Part shown: positions 8,802 through 16,923 of the stretch, in pieces
Numbering within the stretch: the first letter of the stretch is position 1
Layout: each line of letters begins with the position of its first letter
Virus record (IMG/VR): IMGVR_UViG_3300018080_000122
Span: 32,001-96,000 of that record
Source of the DNA: a virus
Direction: 5' to 3' (one strand)
Length of the DNA stretch: 64,000 bases
Position numbers and translations under genes: made by a program
Notes under the pieces: model-generated
What the model was told of the DNA's origin: nothing
What the model saw: only the letters and a program-made list of their open reading frames with translations
Database searches by the model: none

Positions 8802-9185
8802 GTGAACATTATTCTGGAGGGCATCAACAGAGAGTTCACCATCTGGTGGACATATCTCGATGACCGCCCAAAAGATAAGTTGGATCTCATAACTGCCATG
8901 CATGCCGTTGGCCAGATATATAGAGAGGGCGCGCGGAAGATAATGTGCACCCTATTTGACAATACTAGAGAAGTGGCATGGACCGGGTTCGCTCAATGTT
9001 CCTCTTCAGACCATTTCTCCAAACCGGCTGGGCGTAAAATAAGCCTCACCAGAGCCCTGGCCAATTCCGACATCGACAAGCCCATAAGAACCAAGATCTG
9101 GAAAGAGGTCGCGAAGACGTCCCCGAAGACACTCAGATGCAGCGTAGGCCACATACAGACGAGAGGATCCAAAAGTGAAGATTAG
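8802..9185 (+). CDS. phage hypothetical protein
   Basis: AAGGAG RBS; GxAxCxxxDxFxxxxGRxIxLxRA pattern of a type seen in small phage proteins. Confidence 0.65.
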   Translation: MNIILEGINREFTIWWTYLDDRPKDKLDLITAMHAVGQIYREGARKIMCTLFDNTREVAWTGFAQCSSSDHFSKPAGRKISLTRALANSDIDKPIRTKIWKEVAKTSPKTLRCSVGHIQTRGSKSED

Positions 9186-9570
9186 ATCAGGTTTTGTCAG
9201 CAACAGCAGCACCAGCTCTTTCATTCTGATTGTGACGGAAGACGCTCATCAAGGGGTCCTAAAGCACATACCAGAAGAGTACCATCCAATGTTAAACTAT
9301 GGATTTAGGGAGACCAAAGTCTTTGGGCGGCCCGCTAGGGTATTCACGATCCTTTCAGATCACGGTGGCAGTTACTCCAGCATGTGCTTGGAATATTGCC
9401 GCGAGGACATCAGTTTCCCTTGCCCTCCACCCAAGATTCAGCCTGAAGGCATGGACCTACCAAGACGGGCGCAAGAACCTGAGTGTGAGTACGAGCTGAA
9501 GAATGCCTACGAAGAAATCCTCAAAATAGTCGCCCCAGACGGGTTTTTTTCCAAGAGTATTGGCGATTAA
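9175..9570 (+). CDS. GFVSNSSSSSF-motif protein 8 (class B)
   Basis: GTG start; MKIRSGFVSNSSTSSFILIV; KVFGRPARVF resembles KVLGEWARVF in protein 2. Confidence 0.85.
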   Translation: MKIRSGFVSNSSTSSFILIVTEDAHQGVLKHIPEEYHPMLNYGFRETKVFGRPARVFTILSDHGGSYSSMCLEYCREDISFPCPPPKIQPEGMDLPRRAQEPECEYELKNAYEEILKIVAPDGFFSKSIGD

Positions 9571-9573
9571 TCC

Positions 9574-9601
9574 TTGCGCTAACCAAATCTCTTGCTACGA
9601 T
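9574..9601 (+). promoter_or_regulatory. Putative sigma70-type promoter for the radical SAM gene
   Basis: TTGCGC-N16-TACGAT with an extended TG; shares TCTCTTGCTA with the promoter at 11654-11663. Confidence 0.45.
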
Positions 9602-9634
9602 ATTACCAGAGCAAAACAGAAAAGGAGGCAATTA

Positions 9635-10705
9635 ATGAATCGTCAGGTGATTACTGTAGAGGGATTTGGTGACGTCACCATTGCAGATTCCGAATACGCC
9701 AAGGTGATTAGGTCCGAAAACTACAACATGGGGTTCAACAAAATCACTGGATATATGGCCAGGTGGGGGAAAACTCACGATGACGATCCAGACTACGGCC
9801 CCGGACCAGAGTTGCTTGACATAGAGATTAGCGTCAATGACTGCCCCAACAATTGCCGTTTTTGTTACAAGGGCAACACGAGTGAGCCCGGCAGGCACAT
9901 GTCGCTGGAGACCTTCAAGCGCGTCATGCAAGGTATGCCCAAGACGGTGACGCAGATCGCCTTTGGCATAACAGGATTGAAGGCTAACCCAGACTTTATT
10001 CCTATCCTGAAGCATTGTAGGGATCTGGGCATCGTTCCCAATTTCACCCTGTCAGGCGTAGGTCTCGACGAAGACTTTGCGCACCAGGTAGTGCCCCTTG
10101 TTGGCGCGGTCGCTGTCAGTGCCTACGAATCCGACAAGAACGTGTGTTACAACGCGGTGGAGATGCTTAGCCGCCATATCGACCAGACGAACATCCACTT
10201 GCTCATATGTAAGGAGACCGTGCCTTTCGTGGAGGAAGTTCTGGAAGACATTTGCCACGACCAAAGGCTTGCGAAACTTAGAGCAGTGGTATTCCTCTGT
10301 CTGAAACCGAAGGGGCGGGCTGCTGGCAGGTTCCACCAACCGTCGCAGGCAGACTACGATAAGGTCATCAACTACTGCTTGGAGAGGGATATCAGGTTTG
10401 GTTTCGATTCGTGCGGTGCGCCCAAATTTGAAGAATCCGTGATTGCCTCCAAAGCGTTGAAGGCACATCAGAAGCAGCAGCTCATCCAGTGTTCGGAGCG
10501 GTGCGAATCGTTCGGCATGTTTAGTGCCTACATCAACGTTGATGGTAAGTACTATCCGTGCTCATTCTGCGAAGACGAACCGGGGTGGGAAGACGGCTTA
10601 GAATTTGACAATTTCCTGACCGACGTGTGGCTGTCCGACAAAGTAAAGGCGTGGCGCGATAAGGCTTTGTCAGCCAAACGCGAATGCGTGATGTTCGATC
10701 TGTGA
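9635..10705 (+). CDS. Radical SAM protein with SPASM/Twitch-like C-terminal domain
   Basis: CPNNCRFC (CxxxCxxC); C-terminal CES...YINVDGKYYPCSFC...C; AAGGAGG RBS before ATG 9635. Confidence 0.92.
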   Translation: MNRQVITVEGFGDVTIADSEYAKVIRSENYNMGFNKITGYMARWGKTHDDDPDYGPGPELLDIEISVNDCPNNCRFCYKGNTSEPGRHMSLETFKRVMQGMPKTVTQIAFGITGLKANPDFIPILKHCRDLGIVPNFTLSGVGLDEDFAHQVVPLVGAVAVSAYESDKNVCYNAVEMLSRHIDQTNIHLLICKETVPFVEEVLEDICHDQRLAKLRAVVFLCLKPKGRAAGRFHQPSQADYDKVINYCLERDIRFGFDSCGAPKFEESVIASKALKAHQKQQLIQCSERCESFGMFSAYINVDGKYYPCSFCEDEPGWEDGLEFDNFLTDVWLSDKVKAWRDKALSAKRECVMFDL

Positions 10706-10723
10706 CCAAGGAGACGACGGGCA

Positions 10724-10939
10724 ATGCTGACGCTAGGAGAAAAGTTATTCATTGCTGACCAGGTGATCGTGTTCACCAAAAAGATGTTTGAGGTAGAAGG
10801 GCCTCTGGCCCAGCACTGGAATGAGTTGGACAGAGACGGTGAGCACGAAAAGTGCGACAGACTAACTGCAGAGGCGCGCAATTTCTGTCACCACCTGCGT
10901 GCACACGTACGCCAGGCCATCGAGAGGGGGCGTCTGTAG
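10724..10939 (+). CDS. hypothetical protein
   Basis: AAGGAG RBS, 71 aa. Confidence 0.6.
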   Translation: MLTLGEKLFIADQVIVFTKKMFEVEGPLAQHWNELDRDGEHEKCDRLTAEARNFCHHLRAHVRQAIERGRL

Positions 10940-11177
10940 CCGTGTGGTATCTTACTAAGGTGTGGTTGTCCTGGCTGTGGCCGCCCAACGCTATCAATTT
11001 CATAAAATTCGTAATGGAAGATGATGGGGGCGCTGGCTCAGGACCGGCGTTAGCCCGAGGCGCATTGGCCCTTTTCGGCTGCCCACTGGCGTTGCTGGCC
11101 ATGCTGATTAGCGCTAGTATAGTAATTGGCGTGGCAGCTGTAATAGTCACAACGATAGTAAAGTAAAGGAGGGAACA

Positions 11178-11564
11178 ATGTGGACGCGTTTGATAAAGCT
11201 GGAATGTGATTTGTGTGGCAAAACCGTTACAGTAGAAAACCACAATCCCACTTCCGTGCCGCTTCCAAGCGACTGGAGGAAGTGGAGCGATATATCGACG
11301 CGCAAACTACTATGCAGCAAACGGTGCAAAGATCTCCATACGGAGATGACTGAAACCATAGCCGCAAAAACTGGAGAGTTAGAAGTGCGTGTAAAAGCCC
11401 GGTTCAAACAACTGGCAACGGGCCAAATTAGAATGCCAGAATGTCATGGATGCGGCGACGAAGTCCCCACTCCTCTGTTGGGGTCGGACGAGCAGGAGTA
11501 CTGCAAGGAATGCTGGAGCGAGAAGTATGACGACAACGGGCTCCCTAAAACATCCAAAACTTGA
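11178..11564 (+). CDS. Cys-rich zinc-finger hypothetical protein
   Basis: AGGAGG RBS; CDLC, CSKRC, CHGC and CKEC. Confidence 0.7.
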   Translation: MWTRLIKLECDLCGKTVTVENHNPTSVPLPSDWRKWSDISTRKLLCSKRCKDLHTEMTETIAAKTGELEVRVKARFKQLATGQIRMPECHGCGDEVPTPLLGSDEQEYCKECWSEKYDDNGLPKTSKT

Positions 11565-11643
11565 AGAGGCACATCAACTAGTCATACCAGCAGTAACAGC
11601 ATAGCACCAATCCATTACAGAAAATACCTAGAAAACACGTGCC

Positions 11644-11667
11644 CAAAACGCGCTCTCTTGCTATAAT
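11644..11667 (+). promoter_or_regulatory. Extended -10 promoter for the DNA metabolism operon
   Basis: CAAAACG-N8-TGCTATAAT. Confidence 0.6.
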
Positions 11668-11704
11668 ACTAAGGAGCACGGGACACAAGAGACAAGGACA
11701 TGAT

Positions 11705-14551
11705 GTGCCAGGACGACTAGACTCGATGGTTTGGATACCTCGCAACGATCTTCCAGACTATTCTATAGACGCCTCCGACCTGAAACTAAAATACCAATCT
11801 GGTTATGGTGCTTCAGAACGAGTAGAAACTCTGAAGCTATACGTGCCAGAAAAACTGGTGGTGGGCATTCCGAGAGCTTACTTCTACCGTGCTGCTGGTA
11901 GCGCGGCAGGAAGTGTAAAAGACTGTAGAACGCGGGGGCGACACGTCAAGTTCCCTTTCAAGAGCACCCTCCGACCTAACCAAGTTGAAATCACGGACAC
12001 CTTTTATAAGCACCTTATAGACTCCCCTCATAATGGCGGTATCTTATGTGCACCCTGTGGCGCTGGCAAAACGGTCATGGCGTTGCATACCATTGCCAGG
12101 CTTGAGCGCTCTACCTTAGTCATTGTCCACACGTCAAGACTGCTTAATCAATGGATTGAGCGCATAGAAGAGCACATGGGAATCACAGCAGGGGTCATTA
12201 GAGAAGACGCTTTCGAGACGGACGCAGACATTGTAGTGGCAATGTTGCAAACTTTGCTGTCCAGGGGATACACAGCGAAAGACTTGAGCATGTTCGGCAC
12301 TTGTGCCGTGGACGAAACCCATCGCGTTGCAGCGCCCACGTGGTCTAGCGTTATCAAATCCCTTCCTATGAAATACCGTTTGGGTCTCACAGCGACTCCA
12401 AGACGATCAGACAAACTCGACAACGCTTTTTTCTTTCATATAGGGAAAGTGCTGGCCAAATCTGAAAAGAGAGAAATGAAGCCTCGCATTTATTTTGTCA
12501 ATACTAACGTGGGATTCAGGGTGCCCATGCTGGGAAACGGCAAAGTGAACAGAGCCCGCGCATTGAATATCCTGGCCAAGAATAAAGAGCGAAACCGTAA
12601 GATATCCAAAGAAATAGTCAAAGCTATAAAGTCGGACCGAGTGATTCTGGTATTATCTGACCGCATGGAGCTGCTGTATCATCAACGTAGACTATTAAAG
12701 GAACGGGATATCCCAGACGACAAGATAGGTTGGGTAGTAGGAGCCCACTGGGCAGGCGTTGATCCTGATGACCCATCAGAAGACCTTGAACAAGAAAGAA
12801 CCGCTAGCGGGCCTCCCAAGGCCGTCCTGCGGGCTGTCAAGAAGATAGTTCAAGAGCACGCGCCTCACGAGGAAGTCACGGTGGAAGGAAAGTGGATATT
12901 CGTCAGTGGCGCCAATACGCTTCCAATAGATGATTTGCTTGCGATACCAGGGCTCACAAAAGGTAAATACAAAGGGAACACAATAGGACTGGCAACTAAA
13001 ATAGTTGGTGGGCAGCCCAAAACAGTGAAGATCCCAGAAGCGCAGATGAAGGAAAACCAAAAGAGACAAATACTTTTGGCCACATTTGGGCTTGCCTGTG
13101 TAGATATAAATACTAATATTGTCGACCCATTGACTGGGCATAGCAATCTTCTAAGAGACCTAATAGGCACCAAACCAGAAATCGTGAGTGCCAGTAACTG
13201 CACAGGAAAATTAGTAACGGCGTCTTGTGTCGCTTATTCTGGAATAAAGGAGTGTGTAAAAGTCACTATTGCAGACAACTCGTTAGTGTTGTCAAACGAT
13301 CATTTAGTCTTCACACACAGAGGGAAAGTGCCAGCGGGGGATCTTACCACACAAGACTACATACTGCGGCCACGTATTGTAAAATGCCCCACAAGAAGCA
13401 TAGATGTAGACAAAGACGACATGTGGCTGGCGGGCATGCTATTGGGTGACGGGGCTATATCACAAATACACAAAAGGATAGCGCAGGTTATAAATGCCGA
13501 TGAAGAGGTTTTGGAACATGTTTCCAGTATTTTAAATAACAGAGGAATGCTAATCAAAAAAGTAAAGTGCAGGGACTACCACTACTGGATACGTTCTAAA
13601 AAAGGTAAGGCTGGGCGCGGAGCGAAGACATGGCTACGCAGATTTGTTGAACGTTGGGGCCTTTCAAACACAGCAAGATTTAAACATATACCTATAGAAT
13701 GGATGATGTCAAGCACCCACCTTATTAAATCTTTGCTTGGCGGGTTGTTTGCGTCGGACGGACATGTAGACAATAGGGGAACACCCGGATTCTCAAGTTC
13801 CAGCCGCAGAATGGCAGAACAAGTTCGTTTCTTGCTGTGGAGGTTGGGACTGCAATCCACTATACGTAAATCTGAAAGCACGTGGTCGATTGGGGTACCA
13901 GCCAGTAGTGCTTTGCGTCTAGACATTGATTGGCGCATAACAAGAAAAGCCAATAGACTTGACGAGCACAACCGTATGCATAACAAGTTATCTTTGGGCA
14001 CTTGGAATAAAATACCTGTACATCTGGTTTTGCGCATTAAAGAGATAGCTAAGACCAAGGGCGTCAAAATAGAAGAAATGATTAGGTTATGCAGGAAATA
14101 CGGCTACGCTGCGACTAACCTACGCCATAATCAACTAGAGGTAACTTACGAAGTAGCGTCTCTGCTAATGGAAATTCTCGGAGTAGAGGATGCTCCAGAA
14201 TTACAAAATATTAAAAATTTCCATTTTATGCCTGTGCTGAATATTGAAACGGTTGGGCCTAGACCAGTAGGAGATATGACAGTACCAGGACTGCACCGTT
14301 GGGTGACGAACGGTATGTTAATACATAACAGCGAAGGGCTCGATATCCCCGCCGTTGACGTTTTAGTATTAGCAACACCACGGTCGGACGTGGAGCAGGC
14401 TGTCGGTCGTGCTCTTAGAACACTTCCGGGTAAGAAGCAGCCGATAATAGTTGATTTTGTAGACGCTGCCTCGTATTTCCAAGCGCTAAAGGGTAAGAGG
14501 CGAAGGCAGTATCGCAAGCTGGGCTACGAAGTAGTAGAAACGAGGTCATAA
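11705..14551 (+). CDS. Superfamily 2 (UvsW/A18-like) DNA helicase interrupted by an intein
   Basis: LRPNQ, APCGAGKT (Walker A), DETH, GLTATPRRSD, SEGLDIP and QAVGRALR. Start placed at GTG 11705, downstream of the promoter and an AAGGA RBS. Confidence 0.9.
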   Translation: MPGRLDSMVWIPRNDLPDYSIDASDLKLKYQSGYGASERVETLKLYVPEKLVVGIPRAYFYRAAGSAAGSVKDCRTRGRHVKFPFKSTLRPNQVEITDTFYKHLIDSPHNGGILCAPCGAGKTVMALHTIARLERSTLVIVHTSRLLNQWIERIEEHMGITAGVIREDAFETDADIVVAMLQTLLSRGYTAKDLSMFGTCAVDETHRVAAPTWSSVIKSLPMKYRLGLTATPRRSDKLDNAFFFHIGKVLAKSEKREMKPRIYFVNTNVGFRVPMLGNGKVNRARALNILAKNKERNRKISKEIVKAIKSDRVILVLSDRMELLYHQRRLLKERDIPDDKIGWVVGAHWAGVDPDDPSEDLEQERTASGPPKAVLRAVKKIVQEHAPHEEVTVEGKWIFVSGANTLPIDDLLAIPGLTKGKYKGNTIGLATKIVGGQPKTVKIPEAQMKENQKRQILLATFGLACVDINTNIVDPLTGHSNLLRDLIGTKPEIVSASNCTGKLVTASCVAYSGIKECVKVTIADNSLVLSNDHLVFTHRGKVPAGDLTTQDYILRPRIVKCPTRSIDVDKDDMWLAGMLLGDGAISQIHKRIAQVINADEEVLEHVSSILNNRGMLIKKVKCRDYHYWIRSKKGKAGRGAKTWLRRFVERWGLSNTARFKHIPIEWMMSSTHLIKSLLGGLFASDGHVDNRGTPGFSSSSRRMAEQVRFLLWRLGLQSTIRKSESTWSIGVPASSALRLDIDWRITRKANRLDEHNRMHNKLSLGTWNKIPVHLVLRIKEIAKTKGVKIEEMIRLCRKYGYAATNLRHNQLEVTYEVASLLMEILGVEDAPELQNIKNFHFMPVLNIETVGPRPVGDMTVPGLHRWVTNGMLIHNSEGLDIPAVDVLVLATPRSDVEQAVGRALRTLPGKKQPIIVDFVDAASYFQALKGKRRRQYRKLGYEVVETRS
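13097..14329 (+). mobile_element. Intein with LAGLIDADG homing endonuclease (411 aa)
   Basis: Begins CVDINT, block B SNDHLVFT, LAGMLLGDG and LLGGLFASDG, ends MLIHN followed by S. Removal restores helicase motif V ATFGLA-SEGLDIP. Confidence 0.92.
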
Positions 14552-15123
14552 TGGGCAGCAGAGAAGTCTACAATAAGAACAGGAAGAAGCGCTATCATGA
14601 TGATCCTGAATACGCGGACTTGGTTAAGCAGCGTGTGCAGGAATACCGTGACAGGGTGCGCACTTCTAAGAAACGTAAACGCACACTAGAAACACAGGCG
14701 TTTGTGGCTCGTTGGCGTAAAGAAGGCATATCAGACGAGGAAATCGCCAAACGGCTGACGTATCTGGGGTCAAAGCCTCTTTCGCCAATAACTGTTGAAT
14801 TTGGGGGCAGAACTGTTAGACTGATTCCCATTTCCATACTAGGCGCGGAAATAGGTTTTGCTCCGTCCACTATCAGGAAATGGGAGCGTATGGAAGTGGT
14901 CCCAGAAGCCGCGCATCGAGATTCTAGCAACAGACGTTGGTATTCTCAAATTTATCTGTCCATATTGAAGGCCGCAGTTGGCGCGTGCATAAAGAAAGGC
15001 TGGAGCCTGAAGGGGCTCAAGCAGGAGGTTGATAAACGATGGCGAAAGGAAGTGGCTCCACACGGAAGCGAGGCAGACCTTCTAAGAAAGCAAAAAAGAA
15101 GCAAGAGGCTCCGGTTACGGTAG
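14551..15123 (+). CDS. MerR-like HTH DNA-binding protein
   Basis: ISILGAEIGFAPSTIRKWE...RDSSNRRWYS. Confidence 0.7.
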   Translation: MGSREVYNKNRKKRYHDDPEYADLVKQRVQEYRDRVRTSKKRKRTLETQAFVARWRKEGISDEEIAKRLTYLGSKPLSPITVEFGGRTVRLIPISILGAEIGFAPSTIRKWERMEVVPEAAHRDSSNRRWYSQIYLSILKAAVGACIKKGWSLKGLKQEVDKRWRKEVAPHGSEADLLRKQKRSKRLRLR

Positions 15124-15461
15124 AAGGAGAAATACACACTAAGAAAAAGATGGGAATAGCAGAATCAAACAAGTCCGAACGCGGCGTGTTTGATTGCCCA
15201 GAGACCATTCATGGGATCGCGCCGGACACTGAAGTAGTTGGGCATGTGCATTACAAGCAGAAGGTGTCCAAGAATATTGGTGGGGTATGGGCCACGATAG
15301 AGTTTGGACTTAGTTGCCCTTGTGCCACCACCCACTTCAATAGAGCGCAGGAGTGGGTTCGTAAAGCGGTGGACATTACCATTGACGAAGAATATGAGGG
15401 AATGTGCCGTGAAGAATGCGAAGAGGAAGAAGCCGAAGGCAACGACAAAGAGTGGCGCTAA
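15039..15461 (+). CDS. hypothetical protein
   Basis: AGGAGG RBS; basic N-terminus and acidic C-terminus. Confidence 0.65.
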   Translation: MAKGSGSTRKRGRPSKKAKKKQEAPVTVEGEIHTKKKMGIAESNKSERGVFDCPETIHGIAPDTEVVGHVHYKQKVSKNIGGVWATIEFGLSCPCATTHFNRAQEWVRKAVDITIDEEYEGMCREECEEEEAEGNDKEWR

Positions 15462-16923
15462 GAAAAAGAAAGCCACCAAAAAGAAAGCACCGAAGAAAAA
15501 GGCTCCTAAGAAGTCGCCCGCCCCTAAGTCAGAAGACGGGGCGAGCAGCAGTTTGAGTGATCTCGAAGCTGTTGTCAAAACCCTGCAAAAGAATAAGGGT
15601 AAAGGGGCGCTAACCATAGTTGGGTCCAAGTCTAGCTATGCTATGGCGCCCAAACACACCATCTCTACTGGCTGTTTCGCTGTAGACTACGCTATCGCTG
15701 GAGGCATCCCCGAAGAGAAGATGGTCATAATATATGGCGATCCCAATGTAGGTAAGACGTCCAAAGCCTACAGCATAATGGGGAACTCGCAGCAGAAGTG
15801 TCGCAACTGTCGGCAGCGTATCAGGACCAAAATAAATTTCAAGGGTCTGAGGAACGCCGATGGCGAAGAAATTCCTGTTGATAAGGTCATTGTAAATTGG
15901 CAACCGTCCAGGTATGTCTTCGAAGCGGTTTATCATGACGCTACTGATAAGATCTTGGCTGAGGCCAAGATGACTCTCGACCTTACAACCACAAAGTCGT
16001 GCGGCTGTAAAACTGCACCTGAACCTTACCTTATAGCCATAGCCTGTATGGACCGTAAGTTTGATCACGGTTGGGCCAGAAATTTTGGGGTGTCTGGTGA
16101 AGGGCTCGTTATTGTTCAAGGCGAGACGGGGGAAGACACTATCGATATCATTGACTCGCTCATTCGTGAGGGTGTTGTTGATTTGGTGGTCATTGACTCC
16201 CTAGCCCAAATGGTGCCCAAGAAAGAGATCAAGAAAGACGCAGACGACGAACAGCCTGCACTGCAGGCCAAGATGCTCAACAGGGCCATGCGTAAATGGT
16301 CCAATGCTCTGGTAGGCTATGGTGCAGACGATTTCGCCCCCACCATTATCATGATCAATCAGACCAGGTTGAATGTTGGTATGTTTGGTGGGCAGTTCAG
16401 GCCTGGAGGTCGCGGTCAACTATTCGCTAGCACGGTAGATATAAAGCTTAGCAGAGGTAAGTTTTCCTCTGGCGCCTGGGCCAAAAAACACGTTGCGTTG
16501 GACAAAAATAAACGTGCTGTAGCTCAGTGCGTGAAGTTCGCCATTACTAAATGCATGGTAGGACCACCAAATACTGAAGGGTACTATCAACTGAACCTCC
16601 GCCCATTCAAAGGGCGAACCCCCGGAACTGTGGACGATGAACACGCAGTGGCCAATTTTGCTACAATCACGTCGATGTTCAAGCCAGGAGAGGATTTATT
16701 CGGACGAAGTTTCCCATCCGAACCAAAACTGGTGCAGGAGTTCTTTTCTGACAGGGAATATTTTTACACAGTGCGAGAAGAGCTGATGAAATTCCTGCTC
16801 ACTGAATCCACAGACTGGATGGAATTTGGTGTGTGGAAGCCTGTTCAGAAACCCAAGAAAGAAGAAGAAGCCGACGTTATCCATGATGAGGATTGGATAG
16901 CCACCGAAGTGGAGTTCGACTAG
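15394..16923 (+). CDS. recA: RecA/UvsX-like recombinase with Lys-rich N-terminal tail and Cys-containing insertion
   Basis: ISTGCFAVDYAIAGGIP, GDPNVGKT, LVVIDSLA, INQTR and PGG. Start uncertain (15394 ATG or 15409 GTG). Confidence 0.88.
   Translation: MRECAVKNAKRKKPKATTKSGAKKKKATKKKAPKKKAPKKSPAPKSEDGASSSLSDLEAVVKTLQKNKGKGALTIVGSKSSYAMAPKHTISTGCFAVDYAIAGGIPEEKMVIIYGDPNVGKTSKAYSIMGNSQQKCRNCRQRIRTKINFKGLRNADGEEIPVDKVIVNWQPSRYVFEAVYHDATDKILAEAKMTLDLTTTKSCGCKTAPEPYLIAIACMDRKFDHGWARNFGVSGEGLVIVQGETGEDTIDIIDSLIREGVVDLVVIDSLAQMVPKKEIKKDADDEQPALQAKMLNRAMRKWSNALVGYGADDFAPTIIMINQTRLNVGMFGGQFRPGGRGQLFASTVDIKLSRGKFSSGAWAKKHVALDKNKRAVAQCVKFAITKCMVGPPNTEGYYQLNLRPFKGRTPGTVDDEHAVANFATITSMFKPGEDLFGRSFPSEPKLVQEFFSDREYFYTVREELMKFLLTESTDWMEFGVWKPVQKPKKEEEADVIHDEDWIATEVEFD

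Noticed and set aside
4719-9570. DNA-level repeat cassette, integron-like array or DGR explaining the repeated N-termini
   Set aside because: Codons are synonymously scrambled, and no attC-like sites, integrase, reverse transcriptase or adenine-specific TR/VR pair were seen.
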